A stretch of 56,257 nt of DNA from Candidatus Micrarchaeota archaeon (GTDB taxonomy: Archaea > Micrarchaeota > Micrarchaeia > Anstonellales > J096), in NCBI GenBank assembly GCA_030550115.1, contig JAUQPY010000013.1, positions 1-56,257 of the forward strand, read 5' to 3'. The first letter of the stretch is position 1. Each line of letters begins with the position of its first letter. This document shows positions 1 to 10,370 of the stretch, piece after piece. The notes below the pieces were generated by a model. The model searched no databases and had not been told where the DNA came from. It saw only the letters and a program-made list of their open reading frames with translations. A program made the position numbers and the translations under genes.

Positions 1-804
1 TTAACATGTTCATACCTATTCACAGGGCCAAATACATATAATAATACAGTACAGCTACAGAATGGATCAACATACTCTATAAATCTGGAGTTCAGTAGAG
101 GATCATATGAACTAATTATCAGTTGCACTGATGGGATCAATAATGTATCTGAAACTGTTCTATTCTCCATAAGAAGATCAGGCGGAGAAGAACAGATCCC
201 ACCAGAGGATCAACAGGAACAACAACCTATAATACAGGAAGAGCATCAGCAAGATAGCGATTCGGCTTCAGCTAGATCGAGTTCTATAAGTAGATCTGAT
301 CAAGAGGAGCAAAGAGAGCCCTTAGATATAAGAGATATCTCAGAACAGCTAGAACAGAGAGAAATTGTATTAGATTCTACAGATGTTCAACCTATAGTTG
401 TTGAGGAGGTTAGGGAATCTGAACCAGTACAACAGATAGAACAGGAAGACCAGCCTGAATTAGCAACACCCACTACAGAAGATGAGAGAACCAGGGGAAA
501 TTTCATATATCAGATTCTTAATATAATTCTACCTCAACAATTCCCTATCATATTTATATTATCTTTACTATCTTTATTAGCATATCTAAGAGTATTGAAA
601 ATGAGAGTGATAACGCTAAATGATAGAACAATCATTACATTTAGGAGTATAACTAATAGACCTGTTAGAAATGTGAGTGTAAGAATATTTGATCAAATAT
701 ACAGATCTGATGAAAATGGACAGATCATTATCAACATTCCTACTGAAGATGTATCTGTACAAGGATTCTGGATAGTATTAAAAGATAGAACCGAACGCAT
801 TTAA
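1..804 (+). CDS. 3' part of a large membrane-anchored surface protein (Ig-like segment, Q/E-rich linker, TM helix, ~65-aa C-terminal domain); 5'-truncated by the window edge
   Basis: Frame +1 reads open from base 1 (LTCSYLFTGPNTYNNTVQ...GSYELIISCTDG...) to TAA at 802-804. Hydrophobic FPIIFILSLLSLLAYL near 541-590. The tail resembles the C-terminus of 22806..26090. Listed ORF 595..804 is only its end. Confidence 0.8.
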   Translation, partial: LTCSYLFTGPNTYNNTVQLQNGSTYSINLEFSRGSYELIISCTDGINNVSETVLFSIRRSGGEEQIPPEDQQEQQPIIQEEHQQDSDSASARSSSISRSDQEEQREPLDIRDISEQLEQREIVLDSTDVQPIVVEEVRESEPVQQIEQEDQPELATPTTEDERTRGNFIYQILNIILPQQFPIIFILSLLSLLAYLRVLKMRVITLNDRTIITFRSITNRPVRNVSVRIFDQIYRSDENGQIIINIPTEDVSVQGFWIVLKDRTERI

Positions 805-829
805 AGCTTTACATTATAAATAACAAACA

Positions 830-903
830 GGGCCCGTAGCTCAGCCTGGTAGAGCGGTGGGCTTTTAACCCATAGGTCAGGGGTTCGAATCCCCTCGGGC
901 CCG
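830..903 (+). tRNA. tRNA-Lys (UUU)
   Basis: GGGCCCG/CGGGCCC acceptor stem, anticodon loop CTTTTAA in a GTGGG/CCCAT stem, GTTCGAATC T-loop, no encoded CCA. Confidence 0.96.
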
Positions 904-907
904 TTAT

Positions 908-1729
908 TTAAGATAGGTTCTTAACTGATCTGAATCTACCTCCAGCAACTACATATAGAATAGATGCTATCAGATCTACTACCCCAACCCCATAATCAAG
1001 AACTTCCTTTACCCTTGAATATGACTCTACAAATCTATCATCTATCATTACTGCATATAAATCTTTTAGATCAACATCTCTAGCTCTATCTGATACCATT
1101 TCTCTTATCTTCGTATAGAGCTCCTTATTATCAATGATGATCTTACCAACAGCTATACCAATACCAATATCAAAATCTTCTTGATCTATCACATAAGGTG
1201 GGGTCAGATATTTAAATAAGATCTCTTTTCTAGTAAATTCATCTTTGATAAATCTGATTTCACCTAAAGCTCTAAACAGTTTATTTATAAAAATATCAAT
1301 ATCCATATTTGGGCGATATATTTTTCTAGCCACATCTACAAAATCATACGGAGTAGCTAATTGGACTTGGGATTTATATAACTTTAGAATTCTTTTTGCA
1401 TCAGAATATTCAATTCCAAATTCTAACATGCTGTTAACAATATATATTTCACTCTGCTGATTCATAGTTGAGAATTTGTTTCTAAGGAGCTTATTTGCAT
1501 TTATATCAAGTAATTTTAAAAATCCAGATAGGTTATTCTTTGGATCAATATAGTCCAGAGTTGATTTTACTACATCCAGAAATTCACTATCAGACAGAAA
1601 CTTATATTTCATAGTCTTTCTAGATAGCAATATATCAATCTCCTTATCATTAAATCCCAATTTACCCAGCTCCTCTTTTAAATCGATATTTTGAGGATTT
1701 AGAGAATTTGATATGGAAAATTGAGTCAT
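908..1729 (-). CDS. hypothetical protein
   Basis: 273-aa ORF filling the gap between tRNA-Lys and the next gene; no recognisable motif. Confidence 0.7.
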   Translation of the reverse strand: MTQFSISNSLNPQNIDLKEELGKLGFNDKEIDILLSRKTMKYKFLSDSEFLDVVKSTLDYIDPKNNLSGFLKLLDINANKLLRNKFSTMNQQSEIYIVNSMLEFGIEYSDAKRILKLYKSQVQLATPYDFVDVARKIYRPNMDIDIFINKLFRALGEIRFIKDEFTRKEILFKYLTPPYVIDQEDFDIGIGIAVGKIIIDNKELYTKIREMVSDRARDVDLKDLYAVMIDDRFVESYSRVKEVLDYGVGVVDLIASILYVVAGGRFRSVKNLS

Positions 1730-1760
1730 ATACAGAGGAGGAAAAATAAAAAGAAAGGAA

Positions 1761-1991
1761 TTACTTTCTCCTCTTCATCTTGGATCTTTCTACGTAACCA
1801 GATTTACCCAGATAGTAGAGATACCCGCTTTCTCTCTTTATAACTTCTTTTGTTACTGGTTCTGGCTTGGTGTTCTTAACTTTGTTTCTCATAGCTCTGC
1901 TAGGTACTCTATAAACTCTTCCGTCCTTACCTACATAATACAGATATCCCTTCTCTCTCTTTACTAACTCTTTCCCTACTTTTTCACCCAT
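1761..1991 (-). CDS. small basic CC1-like chromatin/DNA-binding protein
   Basis: Very basic 76 aa with a duplicated KRE(K/S)GYLYYxGKxGxV motif as in the CC1 family; AGGTGA SD-like sequence upstream. Confidence 0.7.
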   Translation of the reverse strand: MGEKVGKELVKREKGYLYYVGKDGRVYRVPSRAMRNKVKNTKPEPVTKEVIKRESGYLYYLGKSGYVERSKMKRRK

Positions 1992-2059
1992 TGTATTTTC
2001 ACCTTGCTAAATAAATATAGAATTATTTGTTTTTAAATCTTTAGTATTCTAGGGATAAA

Positions 2060-2078
2060 TTAGTAAACTTTAAAAAGG
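2060..2078 (+). promoter_or_regulatory. putative BRE/TATA promoter of the 16S rRNA precursor
   Basis: TTTAAAAA about 25-30 nt upstream of the processing-stem start at ~2102. Confidence 0.45.
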
Positions 2079-2101
2079 TTTCGTTACTATTAAATAAATG
2101 T

Positions 2102-2139
2102 GAATACTCCGGTTGGAGTAGGATAGAGTGGGTAGTGCA
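2102..2139 (+). other. 5' arm of the pre-16S rRNA processing stem
   Basis: GAATACTCCGGT, GGATAG and GTGGGTAGTGCA are complementary to ACCGGAGTATTC, CTATCT and TGCACTACCCAC at 3676-3711. Confidence 0.8.
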
Positions 2140-2166
2140 AGCCAATTCCTCGTACTCCTGATCGTG

Positions 2167-3654
<1,488 letters not shown>

Positions 3655-3675
3655 AAAAATGGTTGTTGAAGGAGC

Positions 3676-3711
3676 TGCACTACCCACCTATCTGAAAAGA
3701 CCGGAGTATTC
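3676..3711 (+). other. 3' arm of the pre-16S rRNA processing stem
   Basis: Near reverse complement of 2102-2139. Confidence 0.8.
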
Positions 3712-3741
3712 CATTTAAAAACAATTTCTTACATAAGTAAC

Positions 3742-4314
3742 ATGACTATACAAATACATAGTTTGGGAATAGAGGATATTAGAAAACTTCTTGATCAGAA
3801 CAGTGTTATATATCTAACCCAAAATGAATCTAAACCTTACAGAGATTCCTATGTAGATAGAATTCTACAGATGGGTATACTCCAGAAGATAATAATAGCT
3901 AAAACTGATGAGCCTCAAAGGGATAAGTATATATGTAAGAATCCTAGAACAGCTATTGTATTCGATAAATATAATTCTAAAGAACAGCTGATAGGAGCTA
4001 TTCTTAGGATAGCTTTTAGAAACTACAAGGATATAGAAATTCATAAGTTAAATGATAAGGAAAGAAAATTGATGAGTCTTAAATTCTATCTAGATATTGA
4101 GGATATCGATATGCGATCAAGTCTATTATCCGTCTTATCACTACCTTGGATAATTCCAGATTCAAACATATCTATTCAGATAATTGATAGCATAAAGTAT
4201 ATTCTTCATAAATATGATAGCAGATATGTGGATTATTACAGAATTTTACTACAGCTGAAGCTTAAACACAGAGTTGAAACATTCTGCTATATATTTGATT
4301 GCGATGAATTATAG
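3742..4314 (+). CDS. hypothetical protein, first gene of the metallopeptidase-like cluster
   Basis: 190-aa ORF, TTTAAAA about 22 nt upstream of the ATG, overlaps the next gene. Confidence 0.7.
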   Translation: MTIQIHSLGIEDIRKLLDQNSVIYLTQNESKPYRDSYVDRILQMGILQKIIIAKTDEPQRDKYICKNPRTAIVFDKYNSKEQLIGAILRIAFRNYKDIEIHKLNDKERKLMSLKFYLDIEDIDMRSSLLSVLSLPWIIPDSNISIQIIDSIKYILHKYDSRYVDYYRILLQLKLKHRVETFCYIFDCDEL

Positions 4315-5281
4315 AGTTCAGCTAGATCTACCTATTCATCCTAAGCGAATTATATCTCAGAGTAGGATAGATGAGTTCTGGAAATCAAATCGGGAGCTAA
4401 AAACTGCTAGTGATATTCTAGATATCTCACCAAAAGTATACATACCTTTTCTGTATTATAACTACTATTCACTAGCATCAGATATAATTATTAGAGAGAT
4501 ACTAAGTAAGTATAGATCCAAAAGATACCTGAAATTAATTGATAAAATTGCAAATACAGAATTGGAGATTTATCTAGATTTATATGGGATAAATCCCAAT
4601 CCTATACGTGCTATCGATAGGAAGGTTAGTGATATTCGAACTTTTATAGCTAGTAGAGCAACTATCTATGTTATTAGCTCTGGATATGATGATAATGGAA
4701 TTATATATAGTTTAGATTATAGAAAAGATATTAATTCATATAGATTAATACGAGATGAAGAGTTAGAGACTCGACTAAGTCGAATCATGAGGAGAACTGT
4801 TCCCTTCAGAATTCTTTTTCTGAGAAGCCCTTTTAGACTGAGAAATGCATATGGTTTCTCTGAAGAACTCTTATCTGAATTCAAGATACTTCCAGGAATA
4901 GTTATAGAGAATTTTGATAGAATAACATATCTACAACTTATGAGCATTGTGTTTCATGAACTGTTCCATATAATATATCCTAAAGATCCCTATCTACAGA
5001 TGTCAGTAAGAGATATGGGGAGAATATACCATAGAATTGATGTAAATAGATTTTCAAGTAGATATTACACAGGGATAGAGGATCATCCGCATGAAGGGGA
5101 GATTGAGTTGGCTGCGTCGATATTCTCAAACGTTATGGTAGCAGAGGAGTTCAGAAGAATCCACGATCTAATTAAGATCAAGACGGATGCTATTGACTTC
5201 CCTGAAATACTAGATTTTATAGATTATATTGGTGACAGATATGGTAAGGGCAGTAGAATACGTGAACAGGAGATTGAATAG
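4304..5281 (+). CDS. putative zincin-like metallopeptidase (HExxH, paralogue 1)
   Basis: HELFH plus downstream DHPHEGEIELAAS; ATG at 4304 chosen over TTG at 4274. Confidence 0.65.
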   Translation: MNYRVQLDLPIHPKRIISQSRIDEFWKSNRELKTASDILDISPKVYIPFLYYNYYSLASDIIIREILSKYRSKRYLKLIDKIANTELEIYLDLYGINPNPIRAIDRKVSDIRTFIASRATIYVISSGYDDNGIIYSLDYRKDINSYRLIRDEELETRLSRIMRRTVPFRILFLRSPFRLRNAYGFSEELLSEFKILPGIVIENFDRITYLQLMSIVFHELFHIIYPKDPYLQMSVRDMGRIYHRIDVNRFSSRYYTGIEDHPHEGEIELAASIFSNVMVAEEFRRIHDLIKIKTDAIDFPEILDFIDYIGDRYGKGSRIREQEIE

Positions 5282-5843
5282 TAAAGTAGGCTACAGAGTA
5301 GTTGTAGATGTAGCTAGAGATACCCTCCCAAGTGGTAGCGTAATCAGAATATCTCAAGAGGAGGAAATATATATAGTTACAATCCGAGCTCCAGATGAGA
5401 GATTATTGAGACTGATTCAGAATCATGAATTTGCCCATATCTTGTGGGATATTGATGGTAGGATAAAGATAGGGGAGAGAAGTCTCAGAGGAGCATTCTG
5501 TGATATGTACGAGAGAATAGATTCGCGAAAATCTGCGTTCAGATTATTAACAGAAGAATATTATATTAATCATCGATATCTAGGACATCCATGGAGTAGT
5601 TGTGAGGAGTTGTTCTGCTCATTTTTTACTATTTCTGATCTAGCTACTTCAGATACCAAAATTCGTAAGAGATTTCTAAGGAATATGGTATTATTAAATG
5701 ATGTTTTCAATTGGGAATTCGAAAGATTGATGATTGGAATTTGGGAATTGTACGGGATGAGTGAATTAGTGGAGGATTTGAAAAAGATTAAGAGCAAGAA
5801 TTGGTTAGGTATTAGATATTTGATTGCAAAGGTTGTGGTTTAA
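5241..5843 (+). CDS. putative zincin-like metallopeptidase (HExxH, paralogue 2)
   Basis: HEFAH plus LGHPWSSCEELFCS; GGTGA SD 5 nt before ATG 5241. Confidence 0.7.
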   Translation: MVRAVEYVNRRLNSKVGYRVVVDVARDTLPSGSVIRISQEEEIYIVTIRAPDERLLRLIQNHEFAHILWDIDGRIKIGERSLRGAFCDMYERIDSRKSAFRLLTEEYYINHRYLGHPWSSCEELFCSFFTISDLATSDTKIRKRFLRNMVLLNDVFNWEFERLMIGIWELYGMSELVEDLKKIKSKNWLGIRYLIAKVVV

Positions 5844-5875
5844 ACATTTTTAAATATTTTTTAAAGAATAAACAT

Positions 5876-6772
5876 ATGGAAGTTAAGGTTAATGTTGGAG
5901 GAATTAGAGTTAGGATGGATAGAAGTGATAGAAATATTTTATTCAAATCTCATGGAGATATGGTATTAGTAAGATATGATTCCAGAAGAGATTTAAAAAT
6001 CGAATCAAAATTAGTACATCCCGTGCCTAATGGATTTTTCTTCCTTACCGACTATTTAAAGATTGAACAGAACGGTGTTACTTATGAGTATGATACCAAA
6101 AACCTAAAAAAGAAAATTATAAAAGGAGAACGTTGGACGATAGTTGCTGGGGAAAATGTTGAAGAGTGGCAGTTAAAAAAGGTGATTGAAATTCTATATA
6201 CAACTAATCGGATCAAATCCTATTTAAGTATTTACATTGATTCTGATCATGAGGGATTGGCTGTTGAGTATTGTTTAAACGGTTTTAATATTATCAATAT
6301 TATATGGCTCAGATCCTCTCCAAAGGTACCCATGAGTTTAATCTTACATACACATCATGAATTGGCGCATCAACTAGATACTCAAAATTTAGAACCTATT
6401 ATAAAAAATGCTTATATGTTCATCTCATTGCATAATAATTCTAAGAAAATATTTAATATGTTAAGAGAGGGATGTTTTTTCAGGGAAACTGATTTTACAA
6501 TGGGTCATCCATGGAATGGGCCAAATGAACTGTTTGCATCACTATATACATTAATCAGAGTGGCTGATGATCTGATTAAGAATAATAAGAGAGCTTACCC
6601 CGGTTATGCTTTCTCTGATCTAATTATACCTACTCTCGTAACTTTTTCAGCACGTCTCTCCCCAATAAGAGATTTGATAAGAGCTATAGGTAAGGAATAT
6701 GATATAGAGTTTGCACGCCAGATAGATCATTATGTTGAAATATACTTAGCTAATCCAGGGGAATTCCCATGA
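5876..6772 (+). CDS. putative zincin-like metallopeptidase (HExxH, paralogue 3)
   Basis: HELAH plus MGHPWNGPNELFAS. Confidence 0.7.
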   Translation: MEVKVNVGGIRVRMDRSDRNILFKSHGDMVLVRYDSRRDLKIESKLVHPVPNGFFFLTDYLKIEQNGVTYEYDTKNLKKKIIKGERWTIVAGENVEEWQLKKVIEILYTTNRIKSYLSIYIDSDHEGLAVEYCLNGFNIINIIWLRSSPKVPMSLILHTHHELAHQLDTQNLEPIIKNAYMFISLHNNSKKIFNMLREGCFFRETDFTMGHPWNGPNELFASLYTLIRVADDLIKNNKRAYPGYAFSDLIIPTLVTFSARLSPIRDLIRAIGKEYDIEFARQIDHYVEIYLANPGEFP

Positions 6773-7611
6773 AATTGGAGTCTGGAGCAGGATATATAAA
6801 ATTAATCACTACCAATACAGAGGGATTGTTGGAGGTGTATGTAAATGAACAGAAGGTTCTGAAAAGTTTGAGTGGTTTCATTTTCACAGATCCGAATTAC
6901 ATAATCCCAGAATCTAATAATGTTTTCTTTGTATTATCTAATAATGCAAAGTTTAGAACTAAAAATCAAAGAGGAGTGAATGAGATTGTTCATAGTAATA
7001 GATTGAGTAGAATTGGCAATGAAAAATATAGTATCAGTACTCTACCAAATACAATGATCCTACCCATATATACGTGGACAATGGAGAGATTCACCAAGTT
7101 GCTAAGTGGATACGATCATACGATATTATATCTGAATGATGTATCTGATTTCCCCTTTCTGATCACTGTGAAAAGAAATAATTTGTTCAAGATATTCACA
7201 GAGTCCTCTGATATTGGTGCATTGTTCCTATGGGATCAGATCGCTCGTCATGGATTTTGGGACATAAAAATATCAGACTTTGCATCCAATATACATATTC
7301 AAATTCCAAATCTGAACGAGAAAGTTAATAGATTTAAAAACATGGAGGATAGTAAAAATGTATTAAGATCAATTTTTATCATAATAGCACTTCAGAATGC
7401 CTCTGAGCAAATAGGTTTGAGTAAGAATTTCAGAGACTTATTAGAATCCTACTTAGCAAATGATCTTGTGAGAATACAGGAAATAGTGGCCAGTGATAAT
7501 TTAGTCAGAGAACTGATAAGTAGAATATCGGAATATCTAGAGCTAAGAGACCCATCTGACAACTTATTACAATCATATTCAAATAGAATAAATAGGCTTA
7601 AATTAAATTAG
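6769..7611 (+). CDS. hypothetical protein, translationally coupled to paralogue 3
   Basis: 280-aa ORF with an ATGA overlap with the upstream stop. Confidence 0.7.
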   Translation: MKLESGAGYIKLITTNTEGLLEVYVNEQKVLKSLSGFIFTDPNYIIPESNNVFFVLSNNAKFRTKNQRGVNEIVHSNRLSRIGNEKYSISTLPNTMILPIYTWTMERFTKLLSGYDHTILYLNDVSDFPFLITVKRNNLFKIFTESSDIGALFLWDQIARHGFWDIKISDFASNIHIQIPNLNEKVNRFKNMEDSKNVLRSIFIIIALQNASEQIGLSKNFRDLLESYLANDLVRIQEIVASDNLVRELISRISEYLELRDPSDNLLQSYSNRINRLKLN

Positions 7612-7659
7612 TGAAATTCTGTAGATTAATATTAAATAGCTTATCAGTAGTTTTTATAC

Positions 7660-8745
7660 ATGATAAACTCAGCTGGCAAGATACTAATATTTGGTGGTTA
7701 TAATCTATTGATGAATAAAATACTGGTAAATGGCAAATACCTACAATCAAGAGCTCTGGTTGCTGCAGTAGTGGATAGGAAAAACATGGGAATAGGAGCA
7801 AACTACACAATTTCTAATCAGGATAGAATTATAAGTAAACTATACAATCTTTATGAATCTCCAAACATCAGATCTAAAAATCTAGCTTCAGTAGCAATGG
7901 CAGTCGCCATAAAATACCTTAAATCCAAGAGGAAATATGTTAATCCTCTGGAGATAGAGCTGTTATCATCTCCGATCTTTGGAACTCCTGATAGTAAAAC
8001 AGGTCTAGGTTCCTCAAGTGCTAGTATGGTTAGCACGATTAAAGCTGTATTAGAGGGGAATGGGTTGAAATCTGATCCAGATCTAGTATTCAGATTAGCC
8101 CTGATCGCCTATAGATTAGCTGGTAAAACTCCTGTAGGATTTGATTTTGCCACAGCTACATATAATTCATCAATAATATACCAAAAATCTCAAAATATAG
8201 ATTTAGATCTGAAAACTATCAACAAATCTCTAAGGATAGAGATAGTACCAGTGAAAATACCAAACGATATCGATATGTTGGTATACGATACTGGTTATAG
8301 CTTGGATACGAATATAGCTGTTAGAGAGTTCAAGAGAGTCTATAAAAGAGGAGATATCAAGGATCTGGCTAGAGAATATTTTAAGCTAGAGGACAGAGGA
8401 ATAGATGCATTCATGAAGGGTAAATGGAGTGAAGTTGGTAAGATTACTGAAATGATCAGAGATAGATTAATAAGAATATGGAAACATATGGATTTAGAAC
8501 AGGAATATGAACCAGAAGAGATAACGATGATTATGAAAGAACTGTCTAGGGAGAAGGGTATAATAGCGCAGAGACTGCATGGGGCTGGGAGAGAATCACT
8601 GATGATATTAGTTGATAATAGAATGAAGCAAAATATATCAAATCTCATAGAACAGAGCTATCCAGAGTTAAAAAGGATTGATGCATATCTGATTAGAAAT
8701 AAATATTTAAATATTAAGCTGCATTTAAAAAACCATGTATCATGA
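7660..8745 (+). CDS. GHMP kinase, probably phosphomevalonate kinase
   Basis: N-terminal SAGKILIFGGY, ATP loop SKTGLGSSSA, GFDFATATY, C-terminal HGAG. Confidence 0.7.
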   Translation: MINSAGKILIFGGYNLLMNKILVNGKYLQSRALVAAVVDRKNMGIGANYTISNQDRIISKLYNLYESPNIRSKNLASVAMAVAIKYLKSKRKYVNPLEIELLSSPIFGTPDSKTGLGSSSASMVSTIKAVLEGNGLKSDPDLVFRLALIAYRLAGKTPVGFDFATATYNSSIIYQKSQNIDLDLKTINKSLRIEIVPVKIPNDIDMLVYDTGYSLDTNIAVREFKRVYKRGDIKDLAREYFKLEDRGIDAFMKGKWSEVGKITEMIRDRLIRIWKHMDLEQEYEPEEITMIMKELSREKGIIAQRLHGAGRESLMILVDNRMKQNISNLIEQSYPELKRIDAYLIRNKYLNIKLHLKNHVS

Positions 8746-9115
8746 AAGGAGATCAGGAACGGTATATTCTGGAACCGGTGCTAAGAAAGTAAAGAATAGA
8801 GACAAAATTAAAGCTCATTTTGGTAGGGATAGAATACTTACCAAATTGGATACAAAGGAGGAGAGAAAGATAGTTAGAACCAAAGGTGGTGGAACTAAGG
8901 TCAAACTCAAGAGAGCACTGTATGTGAATTTGGCTACTAAGGATGGGAAGGTTGTTAGAACAGAGATTGTTAAGGTTTTAGAATCTAATACTCCTAATGA
9001 AACCAGATCAAACATAATAACCAAAGGTACTATAATAGAGGTTAAAGGATATGGAAAGGCCAGAGTAACGTCCAGACCGAATCAGGATGGAATGATAAAT
9101 GCAATTCAATTATAA
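8735..9115 (+). CDS. rps8e: 30S ribosomal protein S8e
   Basis: RTKGGGTKVKL, NIITKGTIIE and GKARVTSRPNQDGMINA are S8e signatures. Confidence 0.95.
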   Translation: MYHERRSGTVYSGTGAKKVKNRDKIKAHFGRDRILTKLDTKEERKIVRTKGGGTKVKLKRALYVNLATKDGKVVRTEIVKVLESNTPNETRSNIITKGTIIEVKGYGKARVTSRPNQDGMINAIQL

Positions 9116-9144
9116 TTTTTAAACACTTTTATTAATAAAAATAT

Positions 9145-10041
9145 ATGGTTTACAGATTAGAAAAAAGTTATTCGAACTCTAGAATGATTGAAACTACGAT
9201 GTATGATGAAGTTAGGAGAAGATATATTATACTTTATATTTATGACTATGAGAAGTTAAGAGAGAATACGTATTTTATAAACAGATCAAAAGACCATGGA
9301 TTGAAAAAGAGTAGGTTGATATTTTTTGTTGATCATGTAGATCCAGATTATTTTCTAAGATACAAGAGTGCTGCACACTATACAGAAGCAACATATGATC
9401 TTCTTAAAGATAGAGAACCTGATAGAGATAAATGGATCGAGAGGTCTGATGTAACTGATAAATATATAATACAAGAATATGGAATAAAGCAGGAAAATGT
9501 ATCTAAACCCTATATAATTAGAATTAGGCCTAATGAACCTATAATACACATCTTGGATTGCATTTCAGATAAATATTCAATGCTATTAGATAAAATAGAT
9601 GTTGGACATGATACAAGGAGAGAACGCCTGAAAACCAGAGAGAGAAGGGAAAAGAGACGATATATAAGAGTTGTTGCTGATGTGGAAAAAAATAGGATAA
9701 TAGGCAATCTGATCAGTTTATTTGGATCTGGATTGGGATATAGTGCCATATTAGGAGGATTTTTAGGTGCTGATCAAACATTAGTTGGTATAGGATTCTA
9801 TATTGGTATGAATATGATGGCCTTCAGACCCATGCAGAAGATAATATATCCAATTAGTCACCCAATCACATATCTAGATCCGATTAGTAGGAGATATTAT
9901 AGAGAAATTATAAACATAGTATTTAATTATATAGAACAGAACAAAAATGGAGATGTATATGTTCATATATATGCACCTGAGCAGCTGAAGAGCTTTATAA
10001 AATCTGAGCTAAGAGAAAGAATTAAAAACCTAAAATCTTAA
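9145..10041 (+). CDS. hypothetical protein with a Gly-rich hydrophobic segment
   Basis: 298-aa ORF containing IIGNLISLFGSGLGYSAILGGFLG. Confidence 0.7.
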   Translation: MVYRLEKSYSNSRMIETTMYDEVRRRYIILYIYDYEKLRENTYFINRSKDHGLKKSRLIFFVDHVDPDYFLRYKSAAHYTEATYDLLKDREPDRDKWIERSDVTDKYIIQEYGIKQENVSKPYIIRIRPNEPIIHILDCISDKYSMLLDKIDVGHDTRRERLKTRERREKRRYIRVVADVEKNRIIGNLISLFGSGLGYSAILGGFLGADQTLVGIGFYIGMNMMAFRPMQKIIYPISHPITYLDPISRRYYREIINIVFNYIEQNKNGDVYVHIYAPEQLKSFIKSELRERIKNLKS

Positions 10042-10049
10042 TACAACAC

Positions 10050-10370
10050 ATGATAAATTTAGACGATTTTAAAAAGGTAGAATTGGTTGTGGCAAAGATA
10101 CTTGAAGTTGAGAACATACCTGAGAGAGATAAACTATATAGAATAAAATTGTCTCTAGGTAATGAACAGAGATACATAGTTTCTGGTATAAAACAATACT
10201 ACAAACCAGAGGAACTAATAGGTAAGAAGATAATTATCATAAAAAATCTAGAACCAAAAACAATAGCCGGATATCAGAGTAATGGGATGCTATTAGCGGC
10301 ATATGATGGTAAGGAACTATCTCTGATTACTGTTGATAGAGATATTCCTGAGGGTACACCAATATCATGA
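10050..10370 (+). CDS. stand-alone tRNA-binding OB-fold protein (Trbp111 / MetRS C-terminal domain family)
   Basis: DDFKKVELVVAKI, DKLY, IVSGI, NLEPKTIAGYQSNGMLLAA. Confidence 0.9.
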   Translation: MINLDDFKKVELVVAKILEVENIPERDKLYRIKLSLGNEQRYIVSGIKQYYKPEELIGKKIIIIKNLEPKTIAGYQSNGMLLAAYDGKELSLITVDRDIPEGTPIS

